Below are positions 38,733 through 50,886 of a stretch of DNA of 64,000 bases, piece by piece. The notes beneath the pieces were generated by a model. That model was not told the DNA's origin, searched no databases, and saw nothing but the letters and a program-made list of their open reading frames with translations. Numbering within the stretch: the first letter of the stretch is position 1; every line of letters starts with the position of its first letter. The position numbers and the translations under genes were made by a program. This DNA comes from Felis catus (lineage: Eukaryota): the NCBI RefSeq assembly GCF_018350175.1, contig NC_058368.1, positions 201,688,001 through 201,752,000 on the forward strand, written 5' to 3'.

Positions 38733-38940
38733 GGGGCACCTAGGTGGCTCGGTGGGTTAGGCATCCCACTCTTGATTACGGCTCACGTCATGATCTCAGT
38801 TGTGAGATTGAGCCCTGAGTCGGGCTTCGCACTGAGCATGGAGCCTGCTTTGGGATTCTCTCTCCCTCTCTCTCTGCCCCTCCCCTGCTCATGTGCACAC
38901 GCTCTCTCTTTCTCTCTCTCAAAAAAAAAAAAAAAAAAAA
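38733..38940 (+). mobile_element. CanSINE
   Basis: Head GGGGCACCTAGGTGGCTC; CT tract; A20 tail. Confidence 0.93.
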
Positions 38941-39009
38941 GGGGAAAATAAGTATTTAATGAGTGCCTTTCAATGGAGATCTGCATAGCACCAACTTTGT
39001 GCTCATAAC

Positions 39010-39745
39010 AACCTTAAGCTAGCATGCAGATAGCTTCTCTAGGAACCTCCAGACCCACATGGCATCCTTGTCTACCTTGCATTCTGACCCAGGAGACCGA
39101 TTTGTACGGACTCTATCAGTATGCTCCCTGGCCCTCTACTTTCTGGTAGAGGAAATGGGGAGTCCCAGCAGGACCTTAGCAGGAGGGCAAAGTCCAGGTT
39201 TCCCTTAGCTCCAGATCCACAAGGGCACCTCGGGCTATGTGTAGACTTTCAAAGCTGCTGAACTAGAAAGGGTTCTCCTGCCAGGTCTGATAATTGTTTC
39301 TTGTTCTTGTCCTTTTGGCCCTAAGTATATGTAGTAACAACAGCTGTGGTGTTACTAGATCCTGGTTACTACACTAGACCATGGTTCCCCTATAAACCAC
39401 ACCTTTTTAAGTAACTTACTTGTGGATGATAGAAATTATGGTATTTTGCGGGGTGCCCGGGTGGCTCAATTGGTTAAGCGTCCGACTTCGGCTCAGGTCA
39501 TGATCTCAGGGTTTGTGGGTTTGAGCCCCGCGTCAGGCTCTGTGCTGACAGCTCAAATCCTGGAGCCTGATTCAGATTCTGTGTCTCCCTCTCTCTCTCT
39601 CTCTGATCCTCCCCTGCTCAGGCTCTGTCTCTTTCTCTCTCTCAAAAATAAATAAATATCATTATTAAAAAAAGAAAAGAAATTACAGTATTTTTCATGG
39701 GCCACGGGTTTCCTGTTGGGATTCTGCCCCTTAAGGTAGATATAC
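39010..39745 (+). mobile_element. LTR33-like (ERVL) LTR interrupted by a CanSINE
   Basis: Motifs ccaggagaccgatttgtacggact...gctccctggccctct, ggccctaag...gttactag and gtttcctgttgggattctg resemble LTR33 as recalled. Confidence 0.6.
39450..39678 (+). mobile_element. CanSINE (SINEC_Fc type)
   Basis: TSD agaaattatggtatttt / agaaattacagtatttt. Confidence 0.95.
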
Positions 39746-40863
39746 TGTGCTACCATATCTACTGATGATACTCTATTGTACCCACTGATGAAACTTAGGA
39801 AGGTTATGCACCATGGTTAACATCATCTAACTGGTGAGCCTGGACACAAACTGTTTAACCAAAGCAGGCTTTTTCTACAACACTTATGGCTGCTTTGCCA
39901 TTACGAAAAAAATCTATAGATATATATATGTCTCACAATACATAACTTATGTATTAATGTGCATCAAAAATACAGAAGATATATAAATACATAATATGTA
40001 AATCAGAATAAGAAAGTCAGTTTTCATATTATCCAAAAGAAAACCAGGCAGTTCACAAAATTTCCATTGCCACCTGTCCATTAGGTAAGCGATCAAATGC
40101 TGTAGGCATAGCATCCTACAGATACATTATACATCGAAGCAATCTTCCTGCAGTCATTTTGACATGGCTTATAAAGCGACCCAGTGCATTTTTCCATCTT
40201 CTGTTTAGAAGACTACATAAAAGTATAAAACAGATATGCTCAATTCTTTCCCGAGGGGTCTCTTGTGATAGGACCATGGATGAGGAAGAAACAGGCAGGG
40301 GAAGGGGTTGGGAGTCAAACAAAGATGGGTGAAAATCAGACAGGTTTACTGGACTCATCATTTATTTAGGGCTGAAAACTAATGCTATTACATTTTCATA
40401 CAGCTCTTTTGATACAGTTGTGTCAAAAACTCCACATCAGTATGTCCTGCATCAACTTTTCATAGGGACAGGGCATTCTCATTATTGTTTTCTTCATTCC
40501 CAGTTATCATATTTTTAAGTCCATAGATAAAGATATGTGTGTATGTGTGTGTATATCTATGTTACATCTATCTGTGTGTATGTATATATACACATATATA
40601 CACGTGTACATACATGCACACATAGATGGTTAAAGAGACAGGATGTTTTCCTTCAGTTCTTCTAAATTAACATTTAAATATCACTCTGTTTTTTAGAGCT
40701 CATTAAAATAAAATAAACATTAATATAATGAGAAATTAGCTGTCTGTTATATATTGGCAGCTAAAATGACCAAAAAAAAAAAAAAAAAAAGAAAGAAATG
40801 TAGTCACTACTATCTCATTCATGGAGAAGACAGTAAGACACAAATGTGAACCTTTACACTTAC

Positions 40864-40948
40864 ACAAAGAAGAATCGTGTGCAGACATGATCAGTATTGG
40901 GGACGACCCATATCTCTCCATGTTTGTGCAGGTCAGGTGAGGTGATCA
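40864..40948 (-). CDS. PARP8: PARP8 coding exon: (V)ITSPDLHKHGEIWVVPNTDHVCTRFFF(V)
   Basis: 85 nt; ttacag|TG ... GT|gtaagt; carries Ile at the catalytic Glu position (GEIWVV). Confidence 0.96.
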
Positions 40949-41805
40949 CTGTAAGTGGAAGATAAAAGTAAAGAACTATTTATTCTAAGTTACTATACCC
41001 CTGGCTCTTAGAATCTAAAAGCAAAAAGAACATGCACAGACCAGCATATGAAAAATTGTTTAACCTAATTAGCTGTCAAAAATGTAGTAAAAACAATGAA
41101 ATGTCATGTAACAATTTTATGTTTTAAACACCATCAGCGTAACAACAGGAAAGCAATCACTTGTGTATTATCAAAAGCAAACAGTCTTGACTCGGGAACT
41201 ATGTGGAAAACAACTTGGTCTCCCATATAACTATCAAGGGTTGAAAACTTAAAAGGCAGTTAAGAGTGGCTACTGAAAACTCTCAACACAAGGAAAAAAT
41301 GCTTTTCTAGTCAAGGTCAGATTTTATAGCAAGAACAAAGAAAAGTGTATGATTTTCCAAATCACCTATCAATTTTTCTATCCCAAGTTCAGAAGAAATC
41401 AATAATTTCAGCGTAGAAACAGAAGACCTATTTCGGTTCTCTTCTTGGTGTTTGGTTCATCTTTCCAATTTTCCATGGCATTATACATTCAAAAGCCAAC
41501 TTAAAGAGGAAGGTGGCATATTAACAGAAGAGATTAGTAATACTTGATCAGGAAAATATAATTACCATTCTGAGATATCTGCCAAGAATAAAATATAGCA
41601 CTGTTTGAACTCTTGCCAGTGACACTTTGTTTTTCACCTTTAACGCTCCATATTGTACCTGTTTCCCATCTGTGCCCTTAGAGAAGGTCACGAGGAATAA
41701 TGCTGTCACTAATGCATTATGAGCATTCTGTAAATATACTCAAATTCCTAAATACATATAACATAGAGAATTAATGCTACAAGGTTTGTAGAACTTTCAA
41801 CGTAC

Positions 41806-41875
41806 CTTCACATAAGGCGATGCATTTTAGGTTACGGCTTTGCAGGAATTGGGATTGTTGTCCTTTTTTCTGTGA
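41806..41875 (-). CDS. PARP8: PARP8 coding exon: SQKKGQQSQFLQSRNLKCIALCE(V)
   Basis: 70 nt; atttag|TCA ... GAAG|gtacgt. Confidence 0.95.
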
Positions 41876-42489
41876 CTAAATTCCAAAAGAATTTAAAAAT
41901 TAGACTGAAAATGGGGCAGTTGCTCAAGTGAAAAGAGAACTCATCATCGTTAAAAAATAATAGCCCCTGAGATAGCTCCAGATTAAAAAAAAAGTGGGGG
42001 GGGGGTGCTATCTAGACTAGCAGTAATATCCTTGAATTCTTTCTTAATGTCAAGCTATATTTGTTGTATCATTTAATTTCTGTACATAATCATTATCAAA
42101 TCACTCTCAAGATAAGTGAACTAAAAAGGCTAAATTAAAGTTTAACAGCATCACATCATAGAATTAGAACTCAAATTTATTTTTACTGGAAGCCTGGCAT
42201 CCTTGTTTCAAGGGAAACAAAATTAAAATGGCATGGTCTTTTTAAACATTAAAATCAGTTATTCCAGATCATCTAACTAACCTAAAACCAACCCATTTTT
42301 ACAGCACCATTAACTTAAGCTGCAGGCGTTTCAGAAAAATCTCATGTAGAAAATCTGTAGTTTTGCTTTTGTTTTTAGATACTAAGTTAGCTATCCTTTT
42401 TCTTTTTTTTCAATTTAAAGTCACATTATTCATTAAGTAGATTTTTAATTGGTCCAGAATGGTTGTTTCCTCTGAAACAACAAGGGATC

Positions 42490-42870
42490 TGTGCTTGCTC
42501 TTTTCTCTGCCTGGAATGTTCTTCCTCCCATAGGGCTCATGGACTCACTGACTATAGGTCTCCACACAATAACCTGAGAAAGAGCACCCTTTCCTGACCA
42601 GCCCAGGGACAGTCACTCTGGTCCCATCTTCTATCTCATGGTATTAAACATCTCTGTTCCCTGATTTTTCTCCATTTTTCTCCACCACCTACCATTCTAT
42701 CTAAATATATATTTAATTCATTCACAGCCATTCAACAGAATGTAAGCTCCCAAAGGAGTTCTCTATTGTTTTGTGATCTATTTTTTATCATCACTATAGC
42801 CCAATGCTTAGCAGTCTCTAAAACATTACAGGAGAAGCTTAATAAATACTTGCTGAATGTTTACTGAATA
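42490..42870 (+). mobile_element. L2 3' end
   Basis: ctctgcctggaatgttcttcc ... agaatgtaagctcc ... aataaatacttgctgaatg. Confidence 0.75.
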
Positions 42871-43033
42871 AAGGCGCTCTGATTATTACACGTGAGGGTA
42901 AGTTTTGTTCCTTCATGCGTAATGACTATTTACAATGACTCTGAAGACTTAAAAAGCCAGACTTATTGATGTCCTGCTGGCTAATGAGGCTAACGTTCAC
43001 TCATCACATCAGCCACTCGAGTCACTACAACAC

Positions 43034-43107
43034 CTGTGATGTGCTGCTGCTTTTACTGCTTGAGGCCGGCTCGTCTTTGGCTGTCACCTTCTGCTTCTTA
43101 TTCATCC
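43034..43107 (-). CDS. PARP8: PARP8 coding exon: (G)MNKKQKVTAKDEPASSSKSSSTSQ
   Basis: 74 nt; cctcag|GG ... CAG|gtgttg (weak donor); phases fit both neighbours. Confidence 0.9.
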
Positions 43108-43404
43108 CTGAGGACACCAAGAAAAGAGTAATTCAGGAACAAAGCTGTATCATGCCCCTCAAATACAATCCCCTGACACTTTGCCTAAGATTGCATTGCA
43201 TGGGGCACCAATGATCACGATGGGCTCCTGAAGGACCAGCTCCTGTGACTTGGGGTGGAAAGTCAGTGGGTTTAGAAGTCCTGACAGTGTTAGGAAGTAG
43301 AAAATACAGCTTTTTAAAAAAATTTGCATGGAAAATAGGGATAGGAAATTCTCTTGCTATATTTAGAAATCGATATATTTACAAAATTCGTAAATTGATT
43401 TTAA

Positions 43405-43628
43405 GGGGCGCCTGGGTGGCTCACTCGGTAAGTGTCTGATTCTTGATTTTGGCTCAGGTCAGATCTCAAGGTTGGTGAGATCGAGACCCGTATCAGGCTC
43501 TGCCACTGACAGCATGGAGCCTGCTTGGGATTCTTTCTCCCTCCCTCTCTCCCTGCCCCTTCCCTGCTCACCTGTATGCATGCACGCTCTCTCTCAAATT
43601 AAATAAATAAACTCAAAAAAATTTAAAA
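43405..43628 (+). mobile_element. CanSINE, antisense within a 545-bp PARP8 intron
   Basis: Head GGGGCGCCTGGGTGGCTC; tail ends ~25 nt from the donor at 43652. Confidence 0.93.
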
Positions 43629-43652
43629 AGTAAAAATGAAACACACGCTTAC

Positions 43653-43722
43653 CTGAGTAACCAAAAGATATGCTTGACATTGGACTAAGATAGATTCCAC
43701 TTCCATACATTGCACCGTGGAG
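43653..43722 (-). CDS. PARP8: PARP8 coding exon: LHGAMYGSGIYLSPMSSISFGYS(G)
   Basis: 70 nt; ccttttag|CTC ... CAG|gtaagc; GxGIY motif. Confidence 0.97.
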
Positions 43723-44943
43723 CTAAAAGGGGAAGAAGTGGGAGAGAAAGTGGGCAGCCAATGGTTTCAAAGGTTAATACTTTACATAAGAAAAATTAGT
43801 CTCATGTTGGAGCATAAATTCTTAGAAAATGATAAAGCTATTTCCTAAAGGACTAATTTGAAAATAGGACTACTAATATCTTTGTCCTCAAAATTCAGTG
43901 AGTTGATACATAAAAAGTGATGGCCAGAGAAAAAAAATCTTTAATTTTAAAGTTTTCCACCTGATCTATGACAAAGTCAGTGAATTATTACAAAGTAACG
44001 TTTTTACCCAAAATATTTGACTCCAAAATACCGAAAACAAACCAGACTGCATTATATATGGTGAGGGTTTTGATTAGGACTCACATGCTAGTATAGCCAC
44101 AAAGGAGCCTATTGACATTTTCATTACACAACACTGCAATCCCGTTCTTATCTCCTCTAACCTTGCAGGTTACAGTTTCATTAACTGAAACTCTTCCACT
44201 GTTCTAAGAAACTACTCAGAACAATTAAAATTCTCTCTCATTATCCCTGTCTTCTAGAACCCCTGTGCCCTATTTAGTATGAACTGAATACTAATCGAAT
44301 AAGTGTGTGTTTATGGACATTTACATTTAACTGTATCATCTCAACTGTCATCAGAGCGTGAGATCTGGCACAGGTGATGGGACTGAGCGTCTCATTTCCT
44401 GACCTCTTTCCATCCTCAGATGAAAATCAGCTGAATGAGAGTGAGGTAGGGTATTGGAGATGAAGGGAATAAATAAAGATGAGCACTACACCCGCGATAT
44501 CCCGCTAACTCGCAGTGCTGCCCCAGAGACGGTAAAGCAGGCAACAGATAGCTCTTTGGTATCCAATCTCCATTTTGCTAACTCTTAGCCCTACTTTTTC
44601 TTAAAGTATTCACACTTGGGCAGTGCTCAAGAAATCTGTGTTGAATTAGCAACAGAATGCTTGTACGCTTTTACTTTCTGCATGATAATTTTTCTTCTAC
44701 TTAAGCTCAAAGTGACTTTACTGTTTTCTCATAGGGAATTCAATTTCTTTTCCTTTCCATCCCTATATGATGTATAGGTCAATTCTGCTTCAGTTATTTT
44801 TGTGAACATTACTTACGCCTTTTAAAAATCCTATGTAATTTTTTGAAGCCCGCTTGCTTACCCCTTTTCACATAAGAACAAAACACTATTGAACTCTAAC
44901 ACAAAAGTAAATATGGTCTTGGTAAAGCATCCAGAAAACTTAC

Positions 44944-45016
44944 CTGCAGTCTAGTATTAGAAGCAACGACCAGACCATTCCTCAGAATAGAGTGCCAGTT
45001 TTCAATATGTGAGCCA
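44944..45016 (-). CDS. PARP8: PARP8 coding exon: (H)GSHIENWHSILRNGLVVASNTRLQ
   Basis: 73 nt; ctttag|T ... CAG|gtaagt; PARP signature HGS...ILRNGL. Confidence 0.97.
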
Positions 45017-45251
45017 CTAAAGCACAGAGGAGGGGAAGGACAAGGTAAAACCAAACATTAATAATCCTCTAAAGTAGCCACAATATGATAAATCATGTAC
45101 CTTCAGAAAGTCCTGAATTTCCAAGTCAAGTATCAGGCACTGGACTACTCAGTGCTTACAGCCAACTACTACAAGTGAATGTTTTCCTCCCCACACATTT
45201 CTGGAAGACCGAGGTGAAGCTATATCCCCATCAGCGTTAAACCATACTCAC

Positions 45252-45364
45252 TGAAATGCAAAGGTGCTTCCAAAGAGTTTTTTAGCAGCTCTAAAATTAG
45301 ATTCTTTGGCTGGTGGACTGCTGAGAAGAAGGAACTGATGTGGAGTATGCATAAATTTCAGTTG
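45252..45364 (-). CDS. PARP8: PARP8 coding exon, start of catalytic ART domain: QLKFMHTPHQFLLLSSPPAKESNFRAAKKLFGSTFAF(H)
   Basis: 113 nt; ggcag|CAA ... CA|gtgagt; the catalytic His codon is split CA|T. Confidence 0.96.
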
Positions 45365-46455
45365 CTGCCATTTAAAATAACGACAAATGAAAACATGTCA
45401 AAATGAACATAGAATCAGACTGATGACAATTTCAAATTTTACTGGCTTAAGAAATATCTAGATTCAAGCCACACGAATTTACACTAACAGGACCATTCAT
45501 TAAAAAAAAAAAACCTGCATAAATGATAAATCATATGGAGTTGCTGATAGGAAGGGTAATTCTTTAGGCTAATGGAAAAGGAACAGGAGACAGACAATCC
45601 AAAGTCATTTATATTTAGCTTCAGAATACATTGTGTAATCTTGTCCAAGCAGATCTGCCTTCCTAATTATGTTTCTTTTTGAGACTTTTATTACTGAATT
45701 CCCTAAGTATCCACTAGCTATTCAACTGGGGAAATATCTGAGTTTGCTAAGCAGAAAAGAAAAGTTAGTTCAAGATTTTAAAACTGCAAAAATTACCATC
45801 GTCATGCTTTATTTGCATATGCTTATAAATCTGGAAATTGCCTACATTCACAGAGTTTCCCCTTTGTTCATGGAAAGAAATTAAAACAGAATCTTTTGAA
45901 TTAGTTGCCTGACAAATTTTCTAATTGCTGCCCCTTTCACTTAGGAATGTATTTGTATAGGAATACAATATAAAGGAATCTCGCAGTTTAGAGATTCACA
46001 GACAGGAGAGCTGAGATTCTGGATACTGATCTCCTTAGGTAATGATCAGAACTGAAATCAGTCCATTGGCTTTTCATTTATTTTGTAAGCATATTGAGCT
46101 GATAAGGCAGTATCTTTCTTGACAACAAGAAACTGACAATGATAAAAATAAAAAGCACAATACCTTTCTCTGGTCAATCTCCAGATTCCTCCTATCACTT
46201 GCGGAATAACTAAATGATTTCATATTGACCCTTTTACTCACTTAAAAGTTCAGGGCAGCAGCCTGAATTTGAATTTGATTTCTTGGGAAAACCTAGAGCT
46301 TGTGCCCATATGGTAATTTCAAACTGAAGAATGAGGCCTAACCTGAGATTACTTCCATTTCCTGGAGGTAGGCTGCCTAAACATCACAGGGTCAGTTCTC
46401 CCAACTAGTCAGGACTGTTCCCATTTCTGTATGTATATGTGAAAAAACAACTTAC

Positions 46456-46504
46456 CCTGTTAACTGGCAGTTTCACAATATGTGACCTATTACTTGAAAT
46501 AACC
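46456..46504 (-). CDS. PARP8: PARP8 coding exon: (W)VISSNRSHIVKLPVNR
   Basis: 49 nt; tttcag|G ... AGG|gtaagt. Confidence 0.96.
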
Positions 46505-48246
46505 CTGAAATTAATTAAAATAATCCATCAGTCACAAATACATGCCAAATATATTTCAAGTTTTCTTCTTTAGTTGGCAAGTGAATGGAACTAATGTTTG
46601 CTGTGACATTAACTAAACTGAGTGATCCTTGTACTTAGTTACATCAGTTTGCTTTGTTCCTAAAACAACTGAAAGAGCTCATGTAACAAAAAAGATAATA
46701 TTTTATATCTGAGAACGCAGAAGTAGTTCCTTACACCCTAAAAGTGTGATCTTTAATCATTACCCTCCTCAGACATCAGCAAAATGAACATTTCTAAATA
46801 TATTTTCACATGACGATCACGTAAATACAAAGATTAGAAGCTGATTCCTACAACCGCTTCTTTGGCTCTTCCCTACATTGTCTAATTAAGAATGAGTTTT
46901 TACGAGATCTTTTTCTTTCTTTAAATATTTGAGGATCTTTGTGCTGATATATACAGTGGTTTACACACAAGCTGTTATTCACCATATTTAGACACTGAGG
47001 TTGAAAAAAATTAAATTCAGGTATCTGAAAGAACTGATGACTTTATGCTTTTCAGTACAGAAAATAATAATAGGGAAAACTCTAAAACATTTTGGTAGAT
47101 TTTCTTCTCCTTGAAAGGTGAGTGACTAACAAACTGAAGAAAATGATCACAAATAAAAGTTGACAATCGGAGGCTGACTACAGGGGGTGGAAAAAAAAGA
47201 TCCAATATTTGAGATTTTTACCTTCATTTTGAATATGACTTAATGTGAGAATTTGAAAAGTTAAAATGAAAACTACGTGTTATTCTACTCGATCCATCAG
47301 AATTTTAATAATAAGATCAAAAAAGGTACAAAGAAGAAAGACTTCCAAATCTAATTTTTAAAGTCTTATTAGAGTAAGTGCTCACTGTAAGATTCTAAGT
47401 GAAAGCCAAGTAATCAGACTCATTTTTTCTCCTTTGCTCATCTTTTCATTTTTTTTAAAAAGGTTGTAGTATAGAATCAATCTCATGCAAATCAATCTCT
47501 TATAGTCTTCACATTTGTGTTACTGCATGATGGTCGTGATGAATTCCAGTCTTTAAGTTTTTAGTGATTTCAAAGAGACTTGTACATAAAACCCTTGTAG
47601 GTATGGGGAGCAGATACTATTGTTTTCATCTTGCAAGTAAGAAACCGGAGGGCAAAGGGTTTTGTGGCAGGCATGGTAGGAGGGGAGCTCTCAAGCCCCG
47701 CTCCGGTTCTCGCTCAGCCCTCCTAGGATCCCTGTGGGACTACGGCCTTGCCCCTCACCACGCTCACTCTGAACAGGGCATCACCTGCAGCCGGCAAACA
47801 AAGAGCTCATCAAGTTTATGCTGTCCTTGTTAAGGGAGTGAACCGTACGAGACATACATTTTGGAAAGGTTTTCAGTAAGTGTTTGAAACAGTGAGTATT
47901 GTCACTCAGTCCTCAGTTAACGAGAAAATTAAATGAACCAAAACGGCTTCACCATTAGAATACAGCTAATCACATTTTTTAAAATGACAGACAAACTGCC
48001 ATCAAATACACTGTATACCTGTGTAGCGCGTAGGACAGCGTTTTCTTCCCCTTGTGATATACAAGTTTTAATTAAAGTGAGAGTCATTACGGACTCTGAT
48101 TATAAAATCACCAGGCCTCACAGGCTTGTAGAACTGTAGCATTGCAGGCCTCGTAAAATGGGGCCCTCCCCCTCCCCCCTCCCCGCTTAAAGCAGGCAGT
48201 AGAAAACGATGCCGTTTTAAGGAAGAGGAAAACTAAAATTGTATAC

Positions 48247-48314
48247 CATTGCAGCAGGGGATGAGCAAGGGGGTCCTGTTTATCCATCTGCTTCTTGATT
48301 TCGAGATACGGTGC
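48247..48314 (-). CDS. PARP8: PARP8 coding exon: APYLEIKKQMDKQDPLAHPLLQ(W)
   Basis: 68 nt; tttcag|GCA ... TG|gtatac; ends in phase 2, matched by the next exon. Confidence 0.96.
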
Positions 48315-48383
48315 CTGAAAAAAAGTCATTATACTTCGTGATTTCTCTCATAAATTCCTTTCTTCCTTTTTGTTTTTCCTTTT

Positions 48384-48940
48384 TGCAACAGGAAAATCAG
48401 GTTGAACAGGTGTACCTAATCTAGTTAAACCCGGAAGCCCGTGGCTGTGAAGTGGCAACAAACAGCAACAATTTACCCTTCTTGTTCCCCCAAGGCCAGG
48501 TGAACTCGGAACTTCCACATAGCACAATGGACTTGAGCCAACATTTTGTTACACAGAGAGGTTTCATCAAGCTTTAGCCTGGCTTCCTGGTACTAGGCCA
48601 TGTCCCTAAAGGTGATCCCGGGCATCATGCTGAGTCTCTGTTCAAAGTAATATAATGCCGCCCAACCACAAGAGGTATCTTGTCCCAACCTACACTGCCA
48701 ACCTTCCGGTAATTCTCTACTTATCCCCCTGCTGCAATTTTCCTGTTCCCCACAGCTTCCTAGTTTCACTACTCCACCAGCTCCTCTTGGTCCCTTGCTG
48801 TTCGCGCTTTAAAAACCTCAGTCACCTTGGTCCTACTCGGAGGTTACCTCGCTCAAGCGGCAAGTCTCTCCCACTCCAGTCCTCAAATAAAATCTATCTC
48901 GCCACCTTTAACAAGTGTCGGGTGCCATTTCTCTTCGAAA
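48384..48940 (+). mobile_element. Solo retroviral LTR (ERV1-like), antisense to PARP8
   Basis: Begins TGCAACAGG; TATA-like TTTAAAAA at 48808-48815; AATAAA at 48886-48891; short U5-like tail. GC-richer than the intron. No clear TSD or terminal CA. Confidence 0.6.
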
Positions 48941-49279
48941 ATGACTGTTTTTAACTTTTAACTAACATCAAAGCAAACCTTGTATCATAGCTACTACTCA
49001 TGCTCCTATCCTAGGGTCCTGACTTAGGTGTAGAGCTTTACAGGTAAAAACTGGACAAAATTTACATAGGAAGAGCCCTTCTTTTGAAAGTATTTCCTGG
49101 AATTTACCCAATTAACCTTTTCAGAGAACAAGAGGCAATCTGTCTGTGGCAATTTAGGTCTAGTACATTCTAGAAAATAGGACGGTATTATGTTATATTT
49201 ATTGGGAGAGGTTTAAAGATATGACACAGTGAACCCTGACGGCATCCCTACGAAGCGCACACTGGAAGGCGATGCCACA

Positions 49280-49420
49280 TTGCTATTTACTATTTACCAC
49301 CTTGACAGTGAAGAGGCTGAGGCATCGAGCAATTACGCAACTTGCCCAAGGTCACAGGCCACATCATCGATGAGTGAATTATACAACACACGCCTCTGAC
49401 TTCCTAGGCTGACTCTTGAT
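49280..49420 (-). mobile_element. MIR SINE
   Basis: ttgacagtgaagaggctgaggcatcgag...aacttgcccaaggtcacag. Confidence 0.7.
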
Positions 49421-50820
49421 CGTCTCCACTGCCTTCTATTTAAAATAGCTTACACATGACCCAGAATAAAGGAAGCAAATTTTGGCAGAGAGCTGATCCC
49501 AGAGTCAGAATTTTGTGGCTATTTTTATCCAAGAATGATCCTGGTCTAGGGTATCGTATAAATACCCTATTACCACCAAAGTTTTTGGTGACACAAAAAT
49601 GTTTACTGAACTTTGTGTAAGATATTGGAACAGGTCCTTTTTTCTCCCTAAATGGAAATGTGTTTTATTGTTTTCTTTGCCTTATACAAATAATAAATAT
49701 TTGTTTGAAAAGGAATTCAGGTAACAGAAAATTATGGACATAGAAAAACAACTAGAAAGCATGATGGCTTTTCAGCAAATACTATAACGGGTGAATTGAA
49801 GATCTCATTTACCATTGTCAGACACACACTGTTTGTTGATGCCTATTTGACTACATGGAATAAATACTATCAAAAGAATGAAATCTCAAATCTGGGAATG
49901 TTACGATGTACTCTGGGAGCATATTTTCAAGGAGAGTAAGGGTGATGGTGGGGGAGAAGGGAGCAGTGAACCAGAAGTTTTGTGGGCCTCAAGACTGAAG
50001 GAATCTAATACTCTTTCCCCAAAGATAGCAAATGACCCAGGGTAGTATTTATTGTAAGCCTCCAAGGCCTCCAGGGCAGTGCAAGCCTTGAAACCACCAT
50101 ACGCAAACCAAACCCATAATGCGTGCTGATGTCAATTATGGATTATTAATTTCTACTTATAATAATGAGTTGTAAGCCTCTCTCCAAATCTTTGGCAGTG
50201 GAAAGGCCTCAATAATTCAACGGTATGTGCTTTTCCAAGAGCTGGACTACAGCCCATTGATCTGTTAGACTTTCATAATAAGCCACAATCCTTGCTCATC
50301 AAACTTCACCAAAGGCTCTCTAATGACCAAAAACATAAACTCATGCTCTCTGGGAGTCTTGTGTCCTCCGAAGTTGTTCTGAGAATCTGTGTTCTTTCTA
50401 AAATATTTACGCACAATTTACACTTGATAGAATATTTGTTTTTATTTTGACATTAAATACGTGTTAAAATTGCTACTGTTAATGAAAATTGACAGTCTAG
50501 GAAGATGGTACCAGATTTAACCTTTGCCTTAAGCTATTCTGACACACTTCCATATGCTCAAACTCCTGCAGAGAGAATGAGGATTATAATAATGCAGTTA
50601 CCCTCCAAAAGTCACTGTGGTAGCCCACCAATACACTGGTGTAATTTAATTAAAACATCCTAATACAACACAATTTTAATCTGTAAATTATTTTAATTAT
50701 ACTCCCATCTAATAGAAAAGTCTACATTTCACTACACAGCCAATACTCTCAGACATTTATAAAATATGATTTTACTCTAGCAAAACTGAACTGCATAAAA
50801 CCACAAGGTGATATACTTAC

Positions 50821-50886
50821 TTGTGTCATTTCTCTAATAGAAGTTATGCTATCCAGTGCTTTCATTACTCGATCATAGTTCTTCTT
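50821..50886 (-). CDS. PARP8: PARP8 coding exon: KKNYDRVMKALDSITSIREMTQ
   Basis: 66 nt; aaacag|AAG ... CAA|gtaagt; phase 0/0. Confidence 0.96.

Noticed and set aside
42940..43030. Box C-like GTGATGA in the intron after the 43034 donor (snoRNA candidate)
   Set aside because: No suitably placed D box (CTGA) or terminal stem found
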